A stretch of DNA of 61,475 bases, filler included. It is 7 parts of 7 records of this genome, joined end to end, with 100 filler letters (N's around TTAATTAATTAA, not from the genome) between each part and the next. Parts side by side here need not be neighbours in the genome. Positions count along the whole stretch, not along the records: positions 53,333 to 61,475 come from SRR31147125_47385; 6 more parts are not named here. One strand, written 5' to 3'. The notes under the pieces were generated by a model. That model ran no database searches and was not told where the DNA came from. It was given only the letters and a program-made list of their open reading frames with translations. Positions 53,333-61,475 of the stretch are shown here, one piece after another (the first letter of the stretch is position 1; each line of letters begins with the position of its first letter). The position numbers and the translations under genes were made by a program.

Positions 53333-56284
53333 AAAAAAGAAAAACTGCTATCGTATGGCACAGTGGGAGCACTGTTTCTTTTTCTTTTATTTAGCGCACT
53401 GTTCCGAACTGAATTAAAAGAGGTCATTTCCGATATCCATTTTTCACTGGATCCGAAAACTCACATTGGACAAAACCTGGTACACATTTCACCCGGAGAT
53501 ATACAAGTTGAAAAAGGTGAATCTCTGGAAATCCTGGCGGAACTCAAAAAAGAAACAGAAAATGATTTTATTATCCATTATAAATCCGGTAAGACGATGT
53601 GGCAAAATTCACTGATGGAGCCCGGACTGGATAAAAAAACATTTCTGTATCAGCTTTTGGATATTCAGGAACCGGGACACTATTACATTGAACACAACAG
53701 TTTCCGTTCGCCCGAATTTGCCATTTCCATTTATGAATTTCCGAGCGTCCTTCAAATAGATTTAAAGTACACCTATCCGAAATATACACAGTTGCCGGCA
53801 AAACATGAAGAGAACACCGGCAATATACGCGGATTACAGGGGTCGGAGGTAACCCTTTCCGTTACGACGTCCGGTTCTGCTAAATCCGGAGAAATTGCTT
53901 TTAATAATGGTTCCACCATAAAGTTGGCATCTCAGGGAGATGGTCTATTTCAGGGACAATTCACCATTCAGGATCCGGGGACATACCACATAAAACTCAC
54001 AGATCAGGAAAATAAAAACAATAAATTCCCGCAAGAATATCAGATAATAGCTGTTAAGGATGAACTCCCATTGATTACTATTACAGATCCACAAAGAAAT
54101 ATCCGAGTTAACGCGGTTGAAGAAGTCCTGCTGGCTGTTTCTGTCTCTGATGATTACGGCATTAACAGCAGCAACGTGATCTATTCAGTAAATGGCCTGG
54201 ATGAAAAATCCATAAACCTGCTTGAGAAAAATATAAAGGGTAAGAAAGAAACATCTTCTTCGCATATATTTTACCTGGAAGATTTTGAATTAGAGCCAGG
54301 GGATGTGATCTCGTATTACATTGAAGCGAACGACTATTTGCACAAAGATCCGGCATTGACAGACATGTATTTTATCGAGGTCACTCCTTTTGATGCTGAT
54401 TACAGGCAAGCAAATAATCAGGGTGGTGGCGCTGCCGGAATGAATGCGGGTGGCAGTCAAACAGTACTAAATCAACAAACCATCATTAACGCAACCTGGA
54501 ATCTCATCCGCAAGCGCAATCATATGTCAAATACAGAATTTAAACAAGCCAGCCAATCCCTTGAACAGGCACAAACAAATTTGAAAAACAATATTAAAGA
54601 GCGTATTCAATCTACAGCATTTGCCCTGGAGATGGTGACAGATGATGAAAACAAGGCGATAGTTGAATTACTACGCCAGGCAGTGGAACAGATGGAAGCG
54701 GCTGTTAAGAAACTGCACGATAGAAAATTCCGTGAAGCTTTGACACCGGAACGCAGAGCACTCAATTACCTGTTGAAAGCAGATGCAAAAAACAAAGAAA
54801 AAATGGTACAACGAGGTCAAATGGCAGCAGCCGGTGGAGCGGGTAGTTCACAAATGGAAGAACGTATGACAGAATTGATGGACCTGGAACTGGATATTTC
54901 CAAGGATAAATACGAGATACAACAGCAAAATGCTCAACAACAAAACCAGGAAATGGATAAAGCCATGCAGAAATTAAAAGAGCTTGCTCAAAAACAGGAA
55001 CGACTGACCCGTGACAGCAGGGAGACGCTCCGGCAGGAAACACCGGAGAGAAGAGAACTTGATCGATTGAAACGGGATCAGGAGCGCCTTCGTCAGGAAA
55101 CAGAAAATCTGGCACAACAGATTCGCAATATGTCTCGAAACAACGAACAAATTTCCCGGCAATTGCAGGAGCGTATCGATAAAATTACAGAAAATATGCG
55201 TGAATCTGAACAGGAAATGAACTCGGGAAATATGCAAAAGTCCATGTCGAAACAAAGACAGGCCATGAATGAGCTCAACAGATTGCAGCAGAGCCTGGGA
55301 TCAAATCTGACCGATAATGCCCGGGAGATGCTGGATCAGTTTGTGGAGGATTTTAAAGAGCTCAAACAAAAAGAGCGTCAGCATGCGCAGGAAATCCAGA
55401 ATTTTTCCAGAGAAATTGAGAATAATCAGGGGGAGATCAAAGATTTCGAAAAGCTGAAAGAATTAACAGAAAAACGACAAGAATTGATTGATGAATTGAA
55501 CGACCTTGAATCACAGGCTCTTGCTGTTGAGGAGCAATCACAACAACAAAATCCGACTTTATCAACTCAACTCAAAAACATACAAAACAGAATTCAGCGT
55601 GAAGATATCGAAAGAAACATGACGATCTCAAAAGCCTTTGTCGAAAAGGGTTGGCTACACTATGCGAAAATCGTTGAGGATGAAATAAAAAAAGGTTTTG
55701 ATGGTGTGGAAAATGAGATCGACAAGTTAAAAGCCGGAATTCCGTTGACTGAAGAAGAAAATTTAAACAGAACTCTGGAAGATACCAGAGAGATGCTGCA
55801 ACGATTTCAGGACGCGTTTGCACAGGTACATAATAACCAGCCTGATGAAAATGAACCAGGTCAATTACAGGAACAGAAAAAAAACCAGGGCCAACAGGAA
55901 GCACAAAATCAGGATGGACAAAACACGAGTAAAAATAACAGGAACCGACATAATGAAAAACAGATGAACAGGCTACTGGAGCAAACCCGGGAAATGCTGG
56001 AAAGAATAGAAAGAGATTTTCAGGATAATGGCAGCATTCAGGATGCCGCGGAATCAGCCAGACGTTCATACACGCCCCGAATCCGTGGCGAACTATTAGG
56101 AGAGAACGCTCGGGAATATTTTGACAAAAAAATATACGATCCCCTCTCCCAATTGGAAATACATCTGCTTAAACGCCTGGACGAGATCGAATCAATAAAA
56201 AAGCTCTATAGTATGCGTAAAGAAGACGTACCACAGGAATACCGTAAAATGGTAAACAAGTATTTCGAGTCTATTTCAAAATAG
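53333..56284 (+). CDS. DUF4175-like membrane-anchored protein with Ig-like domains and long coiled coils, 5' truncated
   Basis: TM, YTYPKYT, VSDDYG, LEPGDVISYYIEA, Q/E-rich coiled coils and VPQEYRKMVNKYFESI. Confidence 0.75.
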   Translation, partial: KKEKLLSYGTVGALFLFLLFSALFRTELKEVISDIHFSLDPKTHIGQNLVHISPGDIQVEKGESLEILAELKKETENDFIIHYKSGKTMWQNSLMEPGLDKKTFLYQLLDIQEPGHYYIEHNSFRSPEFAISIYEFPSVLQIDLKYTYPKYTQLPAKHEENTGNIRGLQGSEVTLSVTTSGSAKSGEIAFNNGSTIKLASQGDGLFQGQFTIQDPGTYHIKLTDQENKNNKFPQEYQIIAVKDELPLITITDPQRNIRVNAVEEVLLAVSVSDDYGINSSNVIYSVNGLDEKSINLLEKNIKGKKETSSSHIFYLEDFELEPGDVISYYIEANDYLHKDPALTDMYFIEVTPFDADYRQANNQGGGAAGMNAGGSQTVLNQQTIINATWNLIRKRNHMSNTEFKQASQSLEQAQTNLKNNIKERIQSTAFALEMVTDDENKAIVELLRQAVEQMEAAVKKLHDRKFREALTPERRALNYLLKADAKNKEKMVQRGQMAAAGGAGSSQMEERMTELMDLELDISKDKYEIQQQNAQQQNQEMDKAMQKLKELAQKQERLTRDSRETLRQETPERRELDRLKRDQERLRQETENLAQQIRNMSRNNEQISRQLQERIDKITENMRESEQEMNSGNMQKSMSKQRQAMNELNRLQQSLGSNLTDNAREMLDQFVEDFKELKQKERQHAQEIQNFSREIENNQGEIKDFEKLKELTEKRQELIDELNDLESQALAVEEQSQQQNPTLSTQLKNIQNRIQREDIERNMTISKAFVEKGWLHYAKIVEDEIKKGFDGVENEIDKLKAGIPLTEEENLNRTLEDTREMLQRFQDAFAQVHNNQPDENEPGQLQEQKKNQGQQEAQNQDGQNTSKNNRNRHNEKQMNRLLEQTREMLERIERDFQDNGSIQDAAESARRSYTPRIRGELLGENAREYFDKKIYDPLSQLEIHLLKRLDEIESIKKLYSMRKEDVPQEYRKMVNKYFESISK

Positions 56285-56376
56285 AATTTTTCAATCAATT
56301 GGATTATTATAAACATGGTTTTTCAATTTAACACCAATAGACAGGACAATCCATAATTTCCGTTACAGGAATTAAC

Positions 56377-58688
56377 GTGTTTAAATCAATATCAGAATTT
56401 TTGCTCAATTTCAAACCCGGCCAGTTTGAAGAAGTCAACATTGTTTTTCAGGCAGCAAAAAACCCGCTTGTGTGGATTTTATTATTGCTTATTGTATCAG
56501 CTATTCTGAAGATCTATTCTTCAACAAACAGGTATACATCAAACAAAATAAGATATGTGTCACTGGCTTTGAAGGCATGTGCTTTATTATTACTATGTAT
56601 TCCCATTCTGGAACCGGTTCTTCTTATCCCCAATGTGATTCCAAATGAGAACTTTGTTGTGATTTTGGCTGACAACTCGGCCAGCATGGGTATACAAGAT
56701 GGCTATTTCGGAGACACACGTTATTCTGATATTCGCACATTGATTTCCGACGATCAAAAAGGCATTCTAAAAGAGCTGAAAAAAGATTTTATGGTTCGAA
56801 TGTATCATTTCAACAATAACGCATCACGAATTGATACATTATCAAATTTTGATATAAAAGGATGGCAAACAAATCTTTCGGCCTCTTTGCAGCAAGTTTT
56901 GTCTGATTTTAAAGGTCTTCCTCTTTCCGGTATTATCCTGCTTTCCGATGGCGGGGATAACAGTACCGGGGATCTGAAAAGTAACACCAGTAAATTGTTA
57001 AATTCGTCGTTTCCATTACATATCGTCGGTCTGGGCAGGGAATATTTGGAAAAAGATTACGAACTTTTAAATGTGAAAACCAACAAGGGATTACAGGAAG
57101 GCACCGGAGCCGAGATTGAGATCAAAGCGAGAAGCTGGCAAAAAGACAACAGCATAGCTAACCTGAATATTTATGAAGGAGAAAAACTCGTATACTCAAA
57201 AAAAGTGAATTTAAAGGGCAAAGGGAAAACAGATCAGTTTTCATTCTTTTTCAATCATGATAAAAAAATAAAAGTAGAATATACGGTCCATCTCTCCCCG
57301 CTACCAGAAGAAACCAATTTGGAAAATAATTCTCTCAACATTCTGGTAGATCCTAAAAAGGATTCCATCAGAGTGCTCTATTTTCAGGGGCATCCCCTCA
57401 CAGAGTTTAAATTCATAAAACGAGCACTGGAAAAAGATCAGGTCGTGGATTTTACATCCATATCCAGAACAGGTACCGGGAAATTTTACAGACAGGGCAT
57501 TCGCACGTCAGATGAATTGAAAGGGGGTTCCCAACATCTGAGGAAGAATTGTATCAATTTAAGGGAATCATTCTAGGGGATGTCGAAGCAGGTTACTTTT
57601 CACTTGATCAGTTGAAAAAAATCGAGAAATTTGTCAGCAAAAGAGGTGGCGGATTTTTAATGCTGGGTGGTAAAAATTCCTTTTCTGAGGGAGATTACTG
57701 GAATACACCGATTGAAGATATGCTTCCGGTAGAGCTTGATCCGTCAAGAAGAATGATCCTTCAACCTGATTTTAAAAATTCAAACATCCCCAAGGAAGAA
57801 CAGGGATTTAAATTTACCCCCACACGAGAAGGGCTGGAACATTCTGTTTTAAAACTTTCAACAGATGTACTACAAAACAAGGTTTTTTGGGACGAATTAC
57901 CTACGCTTTTCAGTCTGAACCTTTTCGGGCCGGTAAAACCAGGGGCTGTTGTTTTGGCTGAAAAACCAAAAGACCATTTTGGTGCTCCCGAACCTATTCT
58001 GGTCATTGAACGCTATGGCAGCGGCCGAACTGCAGCTCTGGCAACAGCCAGTACATGGCGTTGGAAAATGTTGCAGGATGCGCAAGACACCAGACACGAA
58101 CATTTTTGGCGGCAATTGATACGCTGGTTGAGCAAAAATGCTCCGGATCCTGTCAATCTGGATTTAACTCAGGACCGTTTTGTGACCGACACAGAGATCC
58201 CTCTACGGGTAACCGTATATGATAAAAATTATGATCCATTAAATTTTGCCAAGGTTTCCGGAACGATTACGGATCCTTCAGGAGCAATACATAAAACGAC
58301 CTTTTTACCGGAATTGAGTAACGAGGGTGAATATATTGCCACGTTTTTCCCAAAACAGTCGGGAATTTACAGCATAAATGTTGAAGCAAAAATTGAGGAT
58401 CAGTTGGTAGGCAAATTAGGCAAGAATTTTCTGAGCCGCCACTCAAAACAGGAATACTATAATGCAACATTAAAGAAAAACTTTTTACAGAATCTTGCGC
58501 AAATAAGCGGCGGCAGGTATTATAATCCGGAGCAGGCAGCAGACATTCCATCCCACCTAAAATCCCGCCAAACAAACAGGTCTATACTAACTTCCGAATA
58601 TGCCTGGGACATGCCATTGCTTTTTTTAATGATCATTTCAATTCTTTCAGCAGAATGGATCTACCGGAGACAAAAAGGGCTGCCTTAA
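56377..58688 (+). CDS. Membrane protein with vWA-like and GATase1-like (DUF1355-type) domains, frameshifted near 57527
   Basis: ADNSASM, LLSDGGDN, GGGFLMLGG, YGSGR..TWRW..FWRQLIRWL and EWIYRRQKGLP. The two ORFs join at a G-run. Confidence 0.78.
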
Positions 58689-58702
58689 TTAAAAAAAAAC
58701 AG

Positions 58703-59757
58703 ATGATGGATAATAATTTCACAAAAAAAGAAAACGAAACAGATCCTGGCCACAGTGGCTTTTTCTTTTCATTTTTTTAATGACACCCGCCACCTCATTA
58801 GCAGAAAATGGGGAAAATAAATTTGTTTTACTCATTGGTGGCCTGGGGGGTACAGAGGAACATCGGGAGAAATTCACACAATATCTCTATAATACTAGAA
58901 ATGTGTTCTTAAACCGGTTTCATGTTCAGGAAGATCATGTTATTGTATTGGCAGAAGCCCATTCATCTACATCACCATTTGTCCATGATATTTCCAGGGC
59001 TGAAAATATTCAGAAAGCATTTTCCGATCTCTCAACCAGAGTCACGGATAAGGATGAGGTATACATTGTTCTTTTTGGTCACGGCAGCTATGATGGAAAA
59101 AACGCGAAACTCAACATCCCACGACGGGATTTATCTGATATGGATTATGCCAGTCTCGTAAACAAACTCACAGCGGGCCATATTGTTTTTATCAATACTT
59201 CAAGCTGTAGCGGGCCATTTATTCAGGCGTTGAGTGCGCCCAACAGAACGATTATCACCGCAACCCGAAGCGGTGGGGAACGAAATGAGACGCAGTTTCC
59301 TGAATTTTTCATATCCTCCTTGCAGGATATCGCTTCAGATATCGATAAAAACGGTGACCTGTCTTTATTAGAGGTATTCGTGTATGCCTCCCAATCTACG
59401 ATAAAATGGTTTGCAGATAAAGATCTGCTTGCAACAGAGCACGCTCTTTTGGAAGATACAGGAGATAAACGTGCCTTTGGCGCCGAAGAATTATCCAACA
59501 ATCCGGAAGGGAATGTGGCAAGTAATATCTTTTTACTTCGTCCTGTACGGGCATTGGCAGCTGCAAACATGGATAATGAAGCATTAAATTTGTTAAGTGA
59601 AAAAGAAAAAATTGAAGAAAAAATTCAGCAAGTAAGATCCAATAAAAACAATATGAAGGAAGATATCTATTTTATGGTACTTGAGCCTTTGTTTGTTCGT
59701 TTAGCCAGGATAAATGATCAGTTGGAACAGGCCGGGAATTCTGCTCAGAAAAATTAA
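58703..59757 (+). CDS. Secreted caspase/legumain (C13)-fold protein; the signal peptide start is separated by an apparent frameshift
   Basis: LFGHG and INTSSCSG match the clan CD His/Cys positions, plus ITATRSG. The hydrophobic WLFLFIFL lies in frame upstream of ATG 58780, while ATG 58703 is out of frame across an A-run. Confidence 0.65.
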
Positions 59758-59764
59758 AATGGCT

Positions 59765-61475
59765 TTATTTAATATACAAAACCTTACTATTATAAATCCC
59801 TTCATGGGCTTTCAGGGTAATAAAATATAATCCGGATGGTAAAGCCTGTCCCCTCTCATCTGTGGCATCCCAGATGAGAGAATGTCCGTCTGATAGTTCT
59901 TGTGGATTATCAAAATGCCGCACGCACTGACCATTTATATTAAAAATTCTAATCACAATATCTTGTTTACTGTCTGATTGATATGGGATAACAATCCTGC
60001 TGTTAAACGGATTCGGGAAAGGTTTTAAATTTAATAACGTTTCGCCAGACATATCCTCAGAGATGAAAACATGGGTTAAATCATCATAAATATTTTTAAT
60101 TTCATCAGCTGACAGAATCCGATTGTATATTTTCAGATTATCGATAGTTCCTTTAAAATTATATTGTTGATCACCTGGTAACATTTGTGCAATAAGAAAA
60201 TCCAGAGAAGTTGTGGCAATTAATCCGGACCATGATTTGGAGGCATCCAGTTTCCCGTTCAGATAAATGTCCGCTTTATTCACGCCATAAAGCACACAAA
60301 TATTATACCACACGTCAGGTGACAGGATCGATTCGGAATCAAGATCGAGGACACCAGTACTGGTTTTAATAGTCCAGCGAATTTTTTGATTTGCCAAAAT
60401 GGAGATTTTCAAACGATTCTGCCAGCTACCGTGAGATAAGACATATTCCTCTTTTACAGCTGTCTCTTCCCTTTTGATCCACAAATTTAGTGAAATTGCC
60501 TTTTGACTATTCAATGTAGGATGGCCAGGTATTGAAATGACATCATTGCTTCCATCAAAATAAAAGGCTTTATTGATATCACCCAAACGATTGGAATCTG
60601 GTAAGGCTCCGAACACACGTCCATGATTTCCAAATCCGCTCATATCATCAGCATTGCCATTCAGGGGGTAATCCCCAACCAGATGTCCAACGACAACAGC
60701 GATACTATCCCTTGTGACAGAACCGTGCTCGTCTGTTACCAGACAATAAACAATATAATATCCCCTTGTATCCGGTGCAGTCCACAGAATTTCAGATTCG
60801 TCTTCAGAGATTACGCCATACTCAGATTGCCACGTAAAAGACAAACTATCCAGATCTGGATCACTGGCCTGACAAATCAAAGTTGTCTGTTCATTTATGT
60901 CGATGATATCCGGGTCGGCTGTCAGGTTTGCAATCTGAGGTGGTTGATTGTCAATAACACGAATAGAAACAGAACTCGTATCGCTGCCACCATTCGCATC
61001 AGTAACAATACATATCACATTAAAAAGTCCGGTTTGAGAGGACGCCCAATTTAAAGTAGATGTATTTCCGAGGAATTGTCCGTCAGAAGTGTTCCACGTA
61101 TATTGTACATCATCACCATCCCGATCTTCTGCTGTACAATAAATCGGGACTGGAGAATCAATATTGGTATTTTCAGTAAGAGCGGCCACACTTTTTATCC
61201 GCGGTGGATAATTTCCGCTAAAGTGACCACTATTAAAATCTATGACCACATTATTAACCAGTAATTGGTCATGAGAATAGCTTATAGTACCACCAGCCGG
61301 AACAAAAACCAAAAGTACGGCCTGATCAGAAGGAATGTGAATTGGAATTTGTCCACTCACATTTTGATTTACAAATTGATTTGATAGTGCGTCATAGACA
61401 TCGACCTGTCCCATCTCAACCGGAGAATCGAGAACAACAGTATGATCAATTTCATAGGGATTATAGAGAAGAAAA
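59765..61475 (-). CDS. Secreted protein with two PKD/Ig-like domains, a LamG domain and a C-terminal FlgD-Ig/T9SS-type domain, 5' truncated
   Basis: AEDRDGDDVQYTW, ASDPDLDSLSFTW, YPLNGNADDMSG..FDGSND..FKGTIDNLKIYNRILS and PNPFN..WDATDERGQALPSGLYF. Confidence 0.85.
   Translation of the reverse strand, partial: FLLYNPYEIDHTVVLDSPVEMGQVDVYDALSNQFVNQNVSGQIPIHIPSDQAVLLVFVPAGGTISYSHDQLLVNNVVIDFNSGHFSGNYPPRIKSVAALTENTNIDSPVPIYCTAEDRDGDDVQYTWNTSDGQFLGNTSTLNWASSQTGLFNVICIVTDANGGSDTSSVSIRVIDNQPPQIANLTADPDIIDINEQTTLICQASDPDLDSLSFTWQSEYGVISEDESEILWTAPDTRGYYIVYCLVTDEHGSVTRDSIAVVVGHLVGDYPLNGNADDMSGFGNHGRVFGALPDSNRLGDINKAFYFDGSNDVISIPGHPTLNSQKAISLNLWIKREETAVKEEYVLSHGSWQNRLKISILANQKIRWTIKTSTGVLDLDSESILSPDVWYNICVLYGVNKADIYLNGKLDASKSWSGLIATTSLDFLIAQMLPGDQQYNFKGTIDNLKIYNRILSADEIKNIYDDLTHVFISEDMSGETLLNLKPFPNPFNSRIVIPYQSDSKQDIVIRIFNINGQCVRHFDNPQELSDGHSLIWDATDERGQALPSGLYFITLKAHEGIYNSKVLYIK

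Overview
The window is not one locus. It is seven unrelated contigs joined by 100-bp N44-TTAATTAATTAA-N44 spacers, at 6228, 16830, 23990, 34975, 41435 and 53233. Taxonomic labels below are inferred from composition and protein style. (1) 1-6227, clostridial-like: Liv-type ABC transporter and a divergent PucR-family regulator. (2) 6328-16829, deltaproteobacterial-like signalling region: membrane HAMP-SpoIIE phosphatase, metallophosphoesterase, response regulators, diguanylate cyclase, hybrid kinase and a sigma54 activator. (3) 16930-23989, low-GC clostridial: tRNA-Pro, nrdD, argJ, MBL hydrolase and M29 aminopeptidase. (4) 24090-34974, spirochaete-like: sugar ABC genes, YesM/YesN-like pair and etfB-etfA-acyl-CoA dehydrogenase. 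(5) 35075-41434, deltaproteobacterial-like: small peptide, beta-helix lipoprotein remnant, S4 protein, T4 NrdC.11-like nucleotidyltransferase, threonine aldolase and a hydrolase. (6) 41535-53232: parvulin, a glycan-degradation cluster and cassette-like genes. (7) 53333-61475: DUF4175-like, GATase-like and C13-like genes and a LamG protein. Many genes carry single-base frameshifts that are probably sequencing errors. The best candidate for new biology is the SpoIIE phosphatase. Its true start appears to lie upstream of an in-frame UGA (YGGQV-U-PY) that is followed by a bacterial SECIS-like hairpin, so it is probably a selenocysteine-containing membrane sensor phosphatase that the ORF track truncates. 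Other notable items are a phage-type nucleotidyltransferase paired with an S4 RNA-binding gene, an unannotated 46-aa Cys-containing peptide with its own RBS and terminator, a degenerate integron attC, and a sigma54 promoter with a tandem enhancer.
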